Origin: an uncultured Alphaproteobacteria bacterium
GTDB taxonomy: Bacteria; Pseudomonadota; Alphaproteobacteria; Rhizobiales; Afifellaceae
Assembly: GCA_963805325.1 (NCBI GenBank)
Contig: CAWDTS010000014.1
Span: forward strand, 5,544-69,543
DNA: 64,000 nucleotides
Reading direction: 5' to 3'
A program made the position numbers and the translations under genes. Below the pieces are notes generated by a model, which saw only the letters and a program-made list of their open reading frames with translations, did not search any database and had not been told where the DNA came from. Below are positions 30,692 through 43,905 of the stretch, one piece after another. The number at the start of each line of letters is the position of its first letter. Positions within the stretch are counted from its first letter, which is position 1.

Positions 30692-31444
30692 TCAGTTGCG
30701 GTTGCCCATGAACTGCAGCAGGAACATGAAGAGGTTGATGAAGTCGAGGTAGAGCTGCAGCGCCCCGATGATGGAGGCGCGGCCCGCCGCAAGCTGATCG
30801 CCAGCGACGAAGCTGTAGATGTTCTTCAGCCGCTGCGTGTCATAGGCGGTGAGGCCCGCGAAGATCAGCACGCCGATCGCCGAGACCGCGAACTGGATTG
30901 CTGCTGAGTGCAGGAAGATGTTCACGATCATGGCGATCACCAAGCCGATGACGCCCATGAACAGGAACGATCCCCAGCCGGAGATGTCGCGCTTCGTGGT
31001 GTAGCCCCAGAGGCTGAGCGCGCCGAACGACGCCGCGGTCACGAAGAAGGTCTGCGCGATGCTCTGGTGCGTGAAGACCAGGAAGATCGACGACATCGAA
31101 AGGCCCATCACCGCCGCGAAGGCGAGGAATACCAGCCGCGCCGTCGCCGGCTGCATGCGGTTCACCGCCGCCGACAGGCCGAACACGAAGGCCAGCGGCG
31201 CGAGCATGATCACCCAGCGCAGCGGGCTCGTGTAGATGGTGCTTCCGAAGCTTGTCAGCGCGCCGTTTTGGCCAACCGCCATCGTGAACGCGCCGTATGC
31301 GACGATGCCCGTTAACGCCAGGCCAATCGCCATGTTGTTGTAGATGCCGAGCATGAAGGCGCGCAGGCCCTGGTCGATTGTATCGGCCCGTGCGCCAGTC
31401 CCGCTGCGAGTGGCAGTCTGGTACCGCCGGTCGAAGTCGGCCAT
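30692..31444 (-). CDS. Bax inhibitor-1/YccA family membrane protein
   Basis: Evidence: MADFDRRYQ....IDQGLRAFMLGIYNNMAIGLALTG, seven hydrophobic segments, and the C-terminal LYLDFINLFMFLLQFMG. Confidence 0.85.
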   Translation of the reverse strand: MADFDRRYQTATRSGTGARADTIDQGLRAFMLGIYNNMAIGLALTGIVAYGAFTMAVGQNGALTSFGSTIYTSPLRWVIMLAPLAFVFGLSAAVNRMQPATARLVFLAFAAVMGLSMSSIFLVFTHQSIAQTFFVTAASFGALSLWGYTTKRDISGWGSFLFMGVIGLVIAMIVNIFLHSAAIQFAVSAIGVLIFAGLTAYDTQRLKNIYSFVAGDQLAAGRASIIGALQLYLDFINLFMFLLQFMGNRN

Positions 31445-31570
31445 TGGAAATCCTCCTAAGGCATCGCCCGGCCAATCGGGCGTCCGGGCTGGAATATGGC
31501 GACAAGGGGCCGGCCACACAAGCCTTTGCGGCCAGAACTCGGGACCTTACGGGATTTTAATGCTGCGATT

Positions 31571-34123
31571 TCAAAGGTTTTTCAGAAGCGGCGCAGGCTT
31601 CACCGAGAGGATCCGCCATGTACCGGCGAGGCCGAGGCCGAGGGTTACGGCGAGCGCGGTCGCGGCAGCGGTCGCTGCGACGCTCGGATAGAGGGTGAAT
31701 TCCATCTCCATGATGTGGCGGACCACGTACCAGGCTGCCGCCGTTCCGGCGGCAAGCGCAAAGAGCGCCGTGGCCAGGCCAAGAAGCCCATATTCGAGCG
31801 AGAAAGCGGAGAGAAGCACGGGACGCGTTGCGCCAAGCGTCTTCAGGATGACGGCGTCCTGGCGGCGCTGACGGTGCCCGGCCGCAAGCGCGCCACCGAG
31901 CACCAGCATCGAAACGATCAACGCGAGCGACGCCGCCACCCGGACCGCGAGCGCCAGCTGCGCCACGATTTCGTTAACGGATTCGATCGCTTCGCGGACG
32001 GATATCGAGGTCACTCCGGGAAAGGCCTTGGTCACGGCGGAAAGCACGGCGCGCTCGGCGTCCCGTCCGGCGGCCGGCGGCAGCCGCAGCGTGGCGAGAT
32101 CGGTGTGCGGGGCGCTCTTCAGCGTGTTGGGCGAGAACACCATCACGAAATTGATGGAGAGCGTCTCCCATTCGAGCTTGCGCAGATTGGCGATCCGCGC
32201 GGTGACGTTACGGCCGAGCACGTTCACGGTGATCGTGTCGCCGACCTTGAGCCCGAGATCGTCCGCGATTTCCTTTTCAAGAGAGACGAGGGGCTCACCA
32301 TCATAATTCGGCGGCCACCATGCGCCCTCCACGAGCGTGGAATTCTGCGGCAGCGTGTCGGAGTAGGTCAGACCGCGGTCGCCGCGAAGCGCCCAGCTCG
32401 AGTGCTCCGTGCCGACGAGTGACGCGGCCGGCGTTCCGTTCACGAGCGCGATGCGGCCACGAAGCATAGGCACCGTCTCAAGAGTTCCGCCGGGAACGGT
32501 CGCGTCGATCAGGTGAACGAAATCGCTGCGCTCGCTCTCCTGGATGTCGATGAAGAAGAAGGCCGGAGCCTTGGCGGTGATGGTGCCGGAAAGCTGGCCG
32601 CGCAGATTGCTGTCGATCAGCGCAAGGCTGACGAGAAGCGTCAGCCCGAGGCCGAGCGACAGCACGACGCTCGGCGTAAGCGCACCCGGCCGATGCACAT
32701 TTCTGACCGCAAGCCGGAGCGCCGTCCCGGGCACCGTCCCGAGGCGCCGGGCGCCTGCCATGATGGCGATCGCGACGAGCCGCAGCACGATGAAGGCGCC
32801 GATGACCGCGCCCACATAGAAAAGCGATAGCTGCCGGTCCCCGGCGAGCCGTATGGCGAGCGCAGCGAGCGCAATAAGTGCGGCAGCCTGGGCGAGGCGG
32901 TAGAGGATGGGTGGTTGCTGCGGCGCGTGTACGGCTCGGTCCGCGAAAAGGCTCGATGCCGGCAGCTGACGCGCGCGGCCGAGCGGGCCAAGCGCAAAGC
33001 CGAGGGTGACAAGAATTCCGTAGATAACGGCGAAGCCTAGCTGCGCCGGATATATCCTGACGCCGGAGACCGGTACCAGGTCGGAAAGAGCCGCCTTGGC
33101 GATGAAGGGCATGGTTGCGCCGACGACAAGGCCGAGCGCGATGCCGACGCAGGCGAGGATGAGAATCTGGATCAGGTAGATTTGGAACACGACGCCGTTC
33201 CGCGCTCCGAGGCACTTCAAGGTGGCGATTGCCGGGCGCTTCAGATCGACGAAGCTCGACACCGCGTTGGCGACACCGACCCCGCCGACGACGAGCGCGG
33301 TAAGCCCGACCAGGGTCAGGAACTGCGAAAAGCGCTCGATGTCGCGCTTCAAGCTCGGCGCAGCGTCGTCGCGCGAGCGCACGTTCCAGCCGGCGGAGGG
33401 AAAGAGGGTATCGGCTTCCGCCCGCAGCAACTCGATTGCCGCAAGATCGTTGGCGGCCTCGGGGAGCCGCAGACGGTAGGTCCAGGTGACCAGGCTTCCG
33501 GGCCGGACCAGCCCCGAAGCCCGCAACGCATCGATCGAGGCGATGAGGCGCGGTCCGAAACCGAGGCCGGTCGACAGCCGGTCGGGCTCGGAGCGAATCA
33601 CGCCGCGGATTTGGAGTGTCTCGGTGCCGAGAAGGATGCGGTCTCCATTTTTGGCGTGCAGTTTGTCGAGCAGCTCCGGCGCGACCAGTGCGCCGAATAC
33701 GCCGCCCTGTGCCGCCATGAGGCTCTGGCCGTCGGTCGAGCCGTCTTCGAGACGCAGGGTTCCACCGTGCGGATAGGAGGAATCGACGGCCCTCAATTCG
33801 ACCAGTGCCGTGTTGCTTTCGTCACCGCTTCGCACCATGGCGCGCAGCGAGGCGACCACGCCGACGCGGCCCTTCGATTCGAAGAAGCGCAGCTCCTCGG
33901 GCGACGCCTCGCGCTGCACGAAGGAGAAGGCGACATCGCCGCCAAGGATCACGCGCCCCTGCGACGAGATTCCATCGGTCAGGGCGCGTGAGACGGAGTT
34001 CACGCCGGCGATCGCCGCAACGCCAAGCGCGATGCAGGCGACGAAGACGTAGAACCCGGAAAGCCCGCCGCGCAGCTCGCGGAGCGCGAGACGAAAAGCA
34101 ATGGCGGTGTCGGCGACGCTCAT
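31571..34123 (-). CDS. ABC transporter permease with duplicated FtsX domains (YbbP-like)
   Basis: An 850-aa product with two MacB/FtsX-type modules, each four TM helices plus a large periplasmic loop. It is translationally coupled to the upstream ATPase gene. Confidence 0.85.
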   Translation of the reverse strand: MSVADTAIAFRLALRELRGGLSGFYVFVACIALGVAAIAGVNSVSRALTDGISSQGRVILGGDVAFSFVQREASPEELRFFESKGRVGVVASLRAMVRSGDESNTALVELRAVDSSYPHGGTLRLEDGSTDGQSLMAAQGGVFGALVAPELLDKLHAKNGDRILLGTETLQIRGVIRSEPDRLSTGLGFGPRLIASIDALRASGLVRPGSLVTWTYRLRLPEAANDLAAIELLRAEADTLFPSAGWNVRSRDDAAPSLKRDIERFSQFLTLVGLTALVVGGVGVANAVSSFVDLKRPAIATLKCLGARNGVVFQIYLIQILILACVGIALGLVVGATMPFIAKAALSDLVPVSGVRIYPAQLGFAVIYGILVTLGFALGPLGRARQLPASSLFADRAVHAPQQPPILYRLAQAAALIALAALAIRLAGDRQLSLFYVGAVIGAFIVLRLVAIAIMAGARRLGTVPGTALRLAVRNVHRPGALTPSVVLSLGLGLTLLVSLALIDSNLRGQLSGTITAKAPAFFFIDIQESERSDFVHLIDATVPGGTLETVPMLRGRIALVNGTPAASLVGTEHSSWALRGDRGLTYSDTLPQNSTLVEGAWWPPNYDGEPLVSLEKEIADDLGLKVGDTITVNVLGRNVTARIANLRKLEWETLSINFVMVFSPNTLKSAPHTDLATLRLPPAAGRDAERAVLSAVTKAFPGVTSISVREAIESVNEIVAQLALAVRVAASLALIVSMLVLGGALAAGHRQRRQDAVILKTLGATRPVLLSAFSLEYGLLGLATALFALAAGTAAAWYVVRHIMEMEFTLYPSVAATAAATALAVTLGLGLAGTWRILSVKPAPLLKNL

Positions 34124-34827
34124 GAGCCGGCGGCGGCCTTGCGAAGCGGCGCGGGGTCCGCCTCGATCCGTCCGGCGGCGATCCTGACCGTGCGGTCGCA
34201 GCGCGCCGCAAGGCCGAAGTCGTGGGTGACGAGGACCAGCGTCGTGTCGCGCTCGGCGACGGCGGAGAAGAGAAGGTCGGCGATCTCGGCGCCGGTCGCG
34301 CCGTCGAGATTGCCCGTCGGTTCGTCGGCGATCAGGATCGCGGGCTCGATGGCAAGCGCGCGGGCGATCGCAACGCGCTGCTGTTCGCCCCCCGAAAGCT
34401 GCGCGGGATAGTGCGCGAGCCGCTCGCCGAGTCCGACCTGGCCGAGCACAGCGCGAGCGCGGTCAAAGGCATCGTCGCGCCCGGCAAGCTCCATCGGCAC
34501 GGCGACATTCTCAAGCGCTGTCATCGTCTGCATCAGATGAAAGGCCTGGAAGACGAAGCCGATGGAGCGGCCGCGGAAGCGGGCGAGGCGATCCTCGCCG
34601 AGATCCGCGTAGTCCTGTCCGGCAACCACGACGCGGCCGCCGTCGATCTGTTCAAGGCCCGCGATCACCATCAGCAGCGTCGATTTTCCCGACCCAGAAG
34701 GCCCGACGAGGCCCAGGCTTTCGCCGCGGGCGACCGAAAAATCCACGCCACGCAGGACGTGCACGCGCGCTGGGCCGGTGCCAAGCGTCAGATCGACGTT
34801 GTCGAGCAGGATGACGGGTTCGTTCAC
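34120..34827 (-). CDS. ABC transporter ATP-binding protein (YbbA/LolD-like)
   Basis: Motifs seen: GPSGSGKSTLL (Walker A), LSGGEQQRVAIARAL (signature), ILIADEPTGNLD (Walker B). GTG start at 34827. Confidence 0.9.
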   Translation of the reverse strand: MNEPVILLDNVDLTLGTGPARVHVLRGVDFSVARGESLGLVGPSGSGKSTLLMVIAGLEQIDGGRVVVAGQDYADLGEDRLARFRGRSIGFVFQAFHLMQTMTALENVAVPMELAGRDDAFDRARAVLGQVGLGERLAHYPAQLSGGEQQRVAIARALAIEPAILIADEPTGNLDGATGAEIADLLFSAVAERDTTLVLVTHDFGLAARCDRTVRIAAGRIEADPAPLRKAAAGS

Positions 34828-34873
34828 GTGCAACCGCCTATATGAGACGCGGAATTCGGCATATGGGTAGCAG

Positions 34874-35527
34874 GTGAAGAAGTCCAAAACACCGCACGCA
34901 GCCTGGCTGATCGCTCTGGCCGCGGCATTTTTCCTGGCGGCGGCGCCCGCGGCGGCGGCGAAGCCGATCGCGATCGTGGCGCTCGGCGACAGCCTGACGG
35001 CCGGCTACGGGGTTCTGCCGGGCAAATCCTTCCCGGAGCAACTCGACGCGGCGCTCAAGGCCAAGGGGTATGACGTGACGGTCGCCAATGCCGGCGTGTC
35101 CGGCGACACGGCGGCCGACGGTCTGGCAAGGCTCGACTGGTCGGTGCCCGCCGATGCCGACATCGTCATCGTGGAACTCGGGGCCAACGATGCGCTTCGC
35201 GGCATCGACCCGGCGCTGACGAGGAAGTCGCTCTCCGAGATTTTGGCGAAGCTCAAGGCGAGAGGGCAGGCGGTGCTTCTCGCCGGCATGCTTGCGCCGC
35301 GCAATCTCGGCGACGCCTATGGCAAGATATTCGACGCGATCTATCCCGATCTCGCCGCGCAATATGATGTCGCGCTCTATCCGTTCTTCCTCGCCGGAGT
35401 GGTGGCCGATCCGGCGCTGAACCAGGCGGACGGAATGCATCCGACGGCGGCGGGCGTCGCCAAGATCGTCGCCGCGATGCTTCCTGATGTCGAGAAGCTC
35501 GTGGCCGCGGCGAGCGCGGCCGACTGA
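34874..35527 (+). CDS. SGNH/GDSL arylesterase (TesA-like), secreted
   Basis: It has a signal peptide, then IVALGDSLTAGYG (block I), GANDALRG (block III) and DGMHPT (block V). It is divergent from the ybbA/ybbP-like pair, as in E. coli. Confidence 0.85.
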   Translation: MKKSKTPHAAWLIALAAAFFLAAAPAAAAKPIAIVALGDSLTAGYGVLPGKSFPEQLDAALKAKGYDVTVANAGVSGDTAADGLARLDWSVPADADIVIVELGANDALRGIDPALTRKSLSEILAKLKARGQAVLLAGMLAPRNLGDAYGKIFDAIYPDLAAQYDVALYPFFLAGVVADPALNQADGMHPTAAGVAKIVAAMLPDVEKLVAAASAAD

Positions 35528-35529
35528 GG

Positions 35530-36273
35530 CTACTGCCAACCGCCGAGCCAGGCGGCGCCGATGATGGCGCCAGGGCCCTTCGGGTCGTCTTCCTGAACGA
35601 TGATGGCGCAGCCGTCGACGCCCTTCGGCATGATCTCATGCGCCGGCAGCGTGATCTTGACGGCCTCGCCGTCCCACATGCCGACCGGGCGCATGGCGCG
35701 CACGACGTTATAGTAGTCGATCGTCGAACCGGCGTTCTCACCGCGCGCGATCGCGACCTTGGCTTCCGACGTCAGGAGCACGAGCCGGATGGTCGCCGGC
35801 AGGTGGTGCGCCGCGGGCCGCGCGCCGACCTCGATCTCCACGGTGCCGTCTCCGCGGCGCATGGTGACGGGGACGGGAAGCTTTGCGTGGGCGATTGCCG
35901 CGTTCACGGAGCGGCGGTCAGAACCGACGAAGTCGTCCGTTCCGTTTACCACGATCTGCGGCGTGTAGATGCGGCGGCTGCCGTGGACGGCCGCATAATC
36001 GCGCTGCCGTTCCGTGTGCGCCGGATCGCCAAGCGTGTCGCGCCAGCCAAGGTAGTCCCAGTAATCGACGTGGAGCGAAAGTGCCACGACGTCGCTGCGC
36101 TTTGCGAGATCGGCGAAATAGTCATCGGCGGCCACGCAGGACGAGCAGCCCTGGCTGGTGAAGAGCTCGACGATGGCGCGGGGCTGGCTCGACACGACAG
36201 GCGTTTCTGCGGCGACCGACGATGCGATCGCGCAGGCGCCAAGAACGCCGAGGAGCGCGGAAACATGTTTCAT
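35530..36273 (-). CDS. DUF1223 family secreted thioredoxin-like protein
   Basis: It has a signal peptide, then VELFTSQGCSSCVAADDYFADLAKRSDVVALSLHVDYWDYLGWRDT, the typical DUF1223 head. Confidence 0.7.
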   Translation of the reverse strand: MKHVSALLGVLGACAIASSVAAETPVVSSQPRAIVELFTSQGCSSCVAADDYFADLAKRSDVVALSLHVDYWDYLGWRDTLGDPAHTERQRDYAAVHGSRRIYTPQIVVNGTDDFVGSDRRSVNAAIAHAKLPVPVTMRRGDGTVEIEVGARPAAHHLPATIRLVLLTSEAKVAIARGENAGSTIDYYNVVRAMRPVGMWDGEAVKITLPAHEIMPKGVDGCAIIVQEDDPKGPGAIIGAAWLGGWQ

Positions 36274-36415
36274 GCGCTGCAGGTAACGACCGAGACTCCG
36301 TCACGGGCCAGTCACAATGGATTGACACACACGTATTTGAACCTGGCGACTTGAAGCAAGCGACGGAGAGCGGCCGATTATCGGCCGCGCGTGCCCCCTG
36401 GCTAAAGCCCCCTTC

Positions 36416-39115
<2,700 letters not shown>

Positions 39116-39273
39116 GTCTTGGGCTCCTTCGTGGAATGCGGCGGTGGCGTCGCCGCCTTCAAATCGACATCTCACGACCGGCGGGGAGGAGCGCCTGTCG
39201 CGCCGGGTTGCCGCGGATATACTGGATTTTGTAAGCCGACGCCAGAGACTGGAAACGTTCAAAACTGCGGGGC

Positions 39274-39921
39274 GTGAAGTTCGGATGCCGGTACGGAGCT
39301 TTCGCCCCGATTGTTCTCGACGTGCGCGATCTCGCCTGCACGCGTGGGGGGCGGCCGGTCTTTTCCGGTGTCTCCTTCCGGCTGGAGGCGGGACAGGCGC
39401 TCGCCGTCGTCGGCCCAAACGGGGCGGGGAAGTCGAGCCTGCTTCGCCTGATCGCGGGACTGCTTCGTCCGGCGGGCGGCGCGATCCGGATCGAGGGCCG
39501 CGAAGAGGACGTGGCGGCCGCGCATTATCTCGGCCACGCCGAAGCACTGAAGCCCGCGCTGACGCTGCGCGAGACGCTCCGCTTCTGGGGCGGTGTCTAT
39601 CGGCAGCAGGGGCGGGTGCCTCTCGACGACGACATCGACGAGGCGGCCGAGATCGCCGGCCTCGGGCACGCGCTCGATCTCCACGTGACGGTGCTCTCCG
39701 CCGGTCAGCGAAAGCGCGCCGGACTCGCGCGGCTTCTTCTCTCGCCGCGACCGTTGTGGCTGCTCGACGAGCCGGCGTCCTCGCTCGACAGCGACGGCGA
39801 GGCGTTGCTCGGCCGGCTCATGGCGGAGCATCTTGCACAGGGTGGGCTGATCGTCGCTGCGACGCATCAGGACCTCCCGATCCCGTCGTATTCCTCACTG
39901 ACGCTGGGGGCGTGCGAATGA
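39274..39921 (+). CDS. ccmA: heme exporter ATP-binding protein CcmA
   Basis: Evidence: [44 protein letters not shown]. The start is uncertain (GTG 39274 or GTG 39322). Confidence 0.85.
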   Translation: MKFGCRYGAFAPIVLDVRDLACTRGGRPVFSGVSFRLEAGQALAVVGPNGAGKSSLLRLIAGLLRPAGGAIRIEGREEDVAAAHYLGHAEALKPALTLRETLRFWGGVYRQQGRVPLDDDIDEAAEIAGLGHALDLHVTVLSAGQRKRAGLARLLLSPRPLWLLDEPASSLDSDGEALLGRLMAEHLAQGGLIVAATHQDLPIPSYSSLTLGACE

Positions 39922-40586
39922 CGACGCTTATCGCCGTCGCTGCACAGACGCTTCGGCTCGGACTTCGCGCCGGCGGCGGTGCGATCGTCGCGCTGATCTT
40001 CTTTCTCGCCGTCATCACGGTCATTCCGTTCGGCGTCGGACCGGACATCAAGCTTCTGGCGCGGATCGGGCCGGCGTTGCTTTGGATCGCGGCGCTGCTC
40101 GCGTCGCTGCTCGGGCTTGAGCGCCTGTTCGGCGCGGATCGCGAGGACGGCTCGCTCGACCTTTATGTCGTTTCGGGGGAGCCACTTGTTCTTTATGTGC
40201 TCGGCCGTGTCGCCGGCCATTGGATTGCGACGGGACTGCCGATCGTCGTCGCGGCGCCGATCCTCGGCATTCTTCTCAATCTCGAGCCGCTTGCCATGGG
40301 CTCGGTCGCGCTGACGCTTCTCGTCGGCTCGCCGGCATTGACTCTGATCGGCGCGGTCGGCGCGGCGCTGACCGCCGGGCTTCCTCGCGGCGGATTGCTG
40401 ATCGCCGTGCTGGTGCTGCCGCTTACCGTGCCAGTGCTGATCTTCGGCGTGGCGGCAACGCTCGGCGCGATTTCCGACCCTGAGCCGTTTCTGTCGCCGT
40501 TCCTGCTGCTTGCCGCCGGCACGCTCGCAGCGCTCGTGCTTGCGCCGATCGCGGCGGCGGCGGCGCTCAGGCTCGCGCTCGAGTGA
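39918..40586 (+). CDS. ccmB: heme exporter permease CcmB
   Basis: ATG overlaps the ccmA stop (ATGA). Six hydrophobic segments. ..FGADREDGSLDLY.. is typical of CcmB. Confidence 0.85.
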   Translation: MTTLIAVAAQTLRLGLRAGGGAIVALIFFLAVITVIPFGVGPDIKLLARIGPALLWIAALLASLLGLERLFGADREDGSLDLYVVSGEPLVLYVLGRVAGHWIATGLPIVVAAPILGILLNLEPLAMGSVALTLLVGSPALTLIGAVGAALTAGLPRGGLLIAVLVLPLTVPVLIFGVAATLGAISDPEPFLSPFLLLAAGTLAALVLAPIAAAAALRLALE

Positions 40587-40644
40587 TCGAAGGCGCGTCA
40601 TCTGCCGCATTGCCCATTAATCCGTCCGGCAATAGGTTCCAGCC

Positions 40645-41421
40645 ATGCCGAGCCTGATCGCGCCCCTGACGACCTTGGCCAATCCGGCCCGATTTCTGGC
40701 GCTTTCCGCGCGGCTTCTGCCGTGGCTCGCGGGGTTGACTGCGATCCTCTTTATCCTCGGCCTCTATTTCGCGCTCTATGCTTCACCGGCTGACTATCAG
40801 CAGGGCGACAGCGTCAGGATCATGTACGTGCACGTGCCGGCGGCGACGCTTGCGATGGGCTGCTACGTCCTGATGGCGATCGCCGCGCTCGGCACTCTTG
40901 TCTGGCGGCATCCGCTCGCCGATGTGGCGGCGAAGAGCGCCGCGCCGCTCGGCGCCGCGCTGACGCTCCTCGGCCTCATCACCGGCTCGATCTGGGGGAA
41001 GCCGATGTGGGGCGCATGGTGGGTGTGGGACGCGCGGCTCACCTCGTTCCTCGTGCTCTTCATCATGTATCTCGGGCTGATCGCGCTGTGGCGCGCTTTC
41101 GACGATCCGTCGCGCGCGAGCCGCGTCGTGGCGGTCATGATCCTGGTCGGCTCCGTCAACATCCCGATCATCAAGTTCTCGGTCGAATGGTGGAACACGC
41201 TGCACCAGGGCGAGAGCATCTTCCGCCTGAACGGGCCGAGCATAGATCCGTCGATGCTCTATCCGCTCTTCATCATGCTGAGCGCTTTCGCGATGCTTTT
41301 CCTGACGCTGCTTCTTGCGGCGATGCGCGCGGAGATCTTCCGACGCCGCGTGCGCGCCGCGGAATTGGTGGCGGCGCGGCCGGCGGGCGCGGTGCGGCCG
41401 GTGCTGCAGGGCTCGCCATGA
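40645..41421 (+). CDS. ccmC: heme lyase/exporter subunit CcmC
   Basis: Evidence: the Trp-rich motif WGKPMWGAWWVWDARLTS, and MYVHVPAA. Confidence 0.9.
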   Translation: MPSLIAPLTTLANPARFLALSARLLPWLAGLTAILFILGLYFALYASPADYQQGDSVRIMYVHVPAATLAMGCYVLMAIAALGTLVWRHPLADVAAKSAAPLGAALTLLGLITGSIWGKPMWGAWWVWDARLTSFLVLFIMYLGLIALWRAFDDPSRASRVVAVMILVGSVNIPIIKFSVEWWNTLHQGESIFRLNGPSIDPSMLYPLFIMLSAFAMLFLTLLLAAMRAEIFRRRVRAAELVAARPAGAVRPVLQGSP

Positions 41422-41576
41422 CACATCTCGGCTACATCGTCGCCGCCTATAGCGCGACCGCGATCGTTCTTCTCGGCATGATCGCGGGCGTGGCCTTCGA
41501 TCTCAGAACACAGAAGCGGAAGCTCGTGCGGCTCGAGGAGAGCGGCGTGCGGCGGCGCTCAGGAGTGCAGCGATGA
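41418..41576 (+). CDS. ccmD: heme exporter protein CcmD
   Basis: A 52-aa single-TM peptide (MTHLGYIVAAYSATAIVLLGMIAGVAF). It overlaps the ccmC stop and the ccmG start. Confidence 0.75.
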   Translation: MTHLGYIVAAYSATAIVLLGMIAGVAFDLRTQKRKLVRLEESGVRRRSGVQR

Positions 41577-42160
41577 GCAATGCGACCGAAGCCGCACGCG
41601 GAGAACCCTCGCCATCGCCGATGCGCCGGCTCTGGCTGGTGCTGCCGCTCCTGGGCTTTGCAGCGCTTGCGATCCTCTTTGCCTTTCGGCTCCAATCCGG
41701 CGATCCCTCGCGCCTGCCCTCGGCGCTCATCGACAAGCCGGTGCCGCAGTTCTCGCTGCCGCCGGTCGAAGAGGGAGCGAAGCCAGGCCTTTCCAGCGCT
41801 GACCTCTCGAAGGGGGTCCACCTCGTCAATGTCTGGGCCTCGTGGTGCGGGCCCTGCCGGTTCGAGCACCCAATCCTGATGCAGCTCGCGACCGACAAGC
41901 GCTTCGAGCTGGTGGGCATCAACTACAAGGACGTGCCGGAGAATGCGCAGCGCTTCCTGGGCGCGCTCGGCGATCCGTTCACCAAGATCGGCGCCGACAC
42001 GAGCGGCAAGACAGGCATCGACTGGGGCGTCTATGGCGTGCCCGAGACCTTCGTCGTGAAGGACGGCGTCGTCACGCACAAATTCGTCGGCCCGCTCACT
42101 GAAGAGGGGCTCGCGAGCGATCTTATTCCGGCGCTGGAGAAGGCGCTCGCGCCCGGCTGA
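41573..42160 (+). CDS. ccmG: thiol:disulfide oxidoreductase CcmG/DsbE
   Basis: It has a TM anchor, WASWCGPCRFEHP (CxxC) and GVYGVPETFVV. Confidence 0.9.
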   Translation: MSNATEAARGEPSPSPMRRLWLVLPLLGFAALAILFAFRLQSGDPSRLPSALIDKPVPQFSLPPVEEGAKPGLSSADLSKGVHLVNVWASWCGPCRFEHPILMQLATDKRFELVGINYKDVPENAQRFLGALGDPFTKIGADTSGKTGIDWGVYGVPETFVVKDGVVTHKFVGPLTEEGLASDLIPALEKALAPG

Positions 42161-42179
42161 CGACTCTGTCTGTTTGTTT

Positions 42180-42221
42180 GAGCATGATCTTTTCCAAGAA
42201 CCGGTTCCCGGGATCATGCTC
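42180..42221. terminator. nested palindrome between convergent ccmG and yciB
   Basis: GAGCATGATC (42180-89) pairs with GATCATGCTC (42212-21). They enclose the perfect palindrome GAACCGGTTC (42198-42207). A TGTTTGTTTG run precedes it. Confidence 0.45.
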
Positions 42222-42862
42222 TAGGATTCCTCCGCCTCCGGCAGCGAATGGCGCTGGATCAGCGGCATCTGGGAAAGCGTGAAGACGATGGTGAGCGGCA
42301 TGATGCCGAACACCTTGAAGTTCACCCAGGCATCGTCCGAGAAGTTCCGCCACACCACCTCGTTCGCTATCGCGAGGAAGAAGAAAAACAGGCCCCAGCG
42401 GAATGTGAGCTTGCGCCAGCCCTCATCGTCGAGGCGGAAGACGGTGTCGAAGACGTAGCCAAGCAGCGAGCGCTTGAAGAGAAGCCCGCCGAGCAGCGTC
42501 GAGCCGAAGAGCAAGTTCACGATCGTCGGCTTCATCTTGATGAAGACCTCGTCCTGCAAAGCGAGCGTGAGCCCGCCGAAAACCAGGACGACGATCCCAG
42601 TGACGACCGGCATGATCGGCAGCCGCCGGGTCAGGATCAGCGAGGCGGCGAGCGCAATCACGGTCGCGGCAATGAACAGTGCGGTCGCAACGAAAAGCTT
42701 TCCGCCAAGCGCCGCGAGCGGCGGAAAAATCCGCGCGAGCTGTGCGCCATAGGCGTTGCCGAAGAAGAAGACGGCGAGAGGCCCGAGCTCAAGCACAAGC
42801 TTCAGGATCGGATTGACCTGGGCGTGGCTTGGGTCGTTCGGCCCGCGCTCGAAAATGCCCAT
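42221..42862 (-). CDS. yciB: inner-membrane septation-associated protein YciB/IspZ
   Basis: Evidence: [20 protein letters not shown], five hydrophobic segments, and ..[14 protein letters not shown]... Its ATG overlaps the ftsY stop. Confidence 0.8.
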   Translation of the reverse strand: MGIFERGPNDPSHAQVNPILKLVLELGPLAVFFFGNAYGAQLARIFPPLAALGGKLFVATALFIAATVIALAASLILTRRLPIMPVVTGIVVLVFGGLTLALQDEVFIKMKPTIVNLLFGSTLLGGLLFKRSLLGYVFDTVFRLDDEGWRKLTFRWGLFFFFLAIANEVVWRNFSDDAWVNFKVFGIMPLTIVFTLSQMPLIQRHSLPEAEES

Positions 42863-43905
42863 CAGGCCAGCCCCGCAATGGCGCGGGAGAAGTCGCGCGC
42901 AGAAAAAGGCTGAAGATCGTCAATCGCTTCGCCAACTCCGATGAAGTGCACGGGGAGCTTGTACCTGGCGGCGATGGCGACCAGGATGCCGCCGCGCGCG
43001 GTGCCATCGAGCTTGGTCATCACGAGACCCGTCACGCCTGCCTCCGCACGAAAAACGTCGACTTGATTCAAGGCGTTCTGACCTGTCGTCGCGTCGAGGG
43101 TCAAGAGGACCGCGTGCGGCGCGGTGGCGTCCTGCTTCTTCAGGACGCGCACGATCTTGGCGAGCTCGGCCATCAGCTCGGCCTTGTTGTGGAGCCGGCC
43201 GGCGGTGTCGATCAGGAGCACATCGGAGGCGGATTCCTTCGCTTCCTCAAGCGCTTCGAAGGCGAGGCTCGCAGCGTCGGAGCCAGGCGCGCGGGCGACG
43301 ACGGGGGCGTCGGCGCGCTCGCCCCAGATTTTCAGCTGCTCGATGGCGGCGGCGCGGAACGTGTCGCCGGCGGCAAGCGTCACGGACTTGCCTTCGGCGC
43401 GGAAGCGGGCGGCGAGCTTGCCGATCGTGGTCGTCTTGCCAGTGCCGTTGACGCCCACGACCAGGATCACGAACGGGTGTTGATTTCCGTCCAGTTTCAA
43501 CGGCTTGGCGACGGGAGCCAAAGTCTTTTCGACTTCCGCCGAAAGGACCTCGCGCACTTCCTCCGGGGTGACTTCCTTGTTCAGCCGCCTGGCCGACAGC
43601 GCCTCGACCACGCGGCCGGCGGTGTCCATGCCGAGGTCGGCCTTCAGCAGCAATTCCTCAAGCTCTTCAATGGATTCTGCGTCGAGCTTGCGCTTGGTGA
43701 AAACGTCGGCGATGCCGGTGGTCAGGGACTGGGAGGAGCGGGCGAGGCCGGACTTCAGCCGGTCCCACCAGCGCCGCTTCTCCGGTTCCGGGGAGGATTC
43801 CGCAGGCGGGTCAGCGGCTTGCGGGGAGGGGCTCTCGGCTTCCGGAGGGGGCTCAGCCTCGCCCCCGAAAAGCCGCCCAAGCAGACCCTTGCGCGACTCC
43901 GCCAT
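42862..43905 (-). CDS. ftsY: signal recognition particle receptor FtsY
   Basis: It has an acidic N-terminus and an NG domain with [34 protein letters not shown]. Confidence 0.95.
   Translation of the reverse strand: MAESRKGLLGRLFGGEAEPPPEAESPSPQAADPPAESSPEPEKRRWWDRLKSGLARSSQSLTTGIADVFTKRKLDAESIEELEELLLKADLGMDTAGRVVEALSARRLNKEVTPEEVREVLSAEVEKTLAPVAKPLKLDGNQHPFVILVVGVNGTGKTTTIGKLAARFRAEGKSVTLAAGDTFRAAAIEQLKIWGERADAPVVARAPGSDAASLAFEALEEAKESASDVLLIDTAGRLHNKAELMAELAKIVRVLKKQDATAPHAVLLTLDATTGQNALNQVDVFRAEAGVTGLVMTKLDGTARGGILVAIAARYKLPVHFIGVGEAIDDLQPFSARDFSRAIAGLA

Noticed and set aside
39116-39547. A 144-codon N-terminal extension of the aconitase ORF.
   Set aside because: The extension is Arg/Pro-rich and not protein-like. 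A GTG at 39115 with a GAAGGAG ribosome-binding site gives the canonical AcnA N-terminus. The extension would also run over the divergent ccmA promoter and start.
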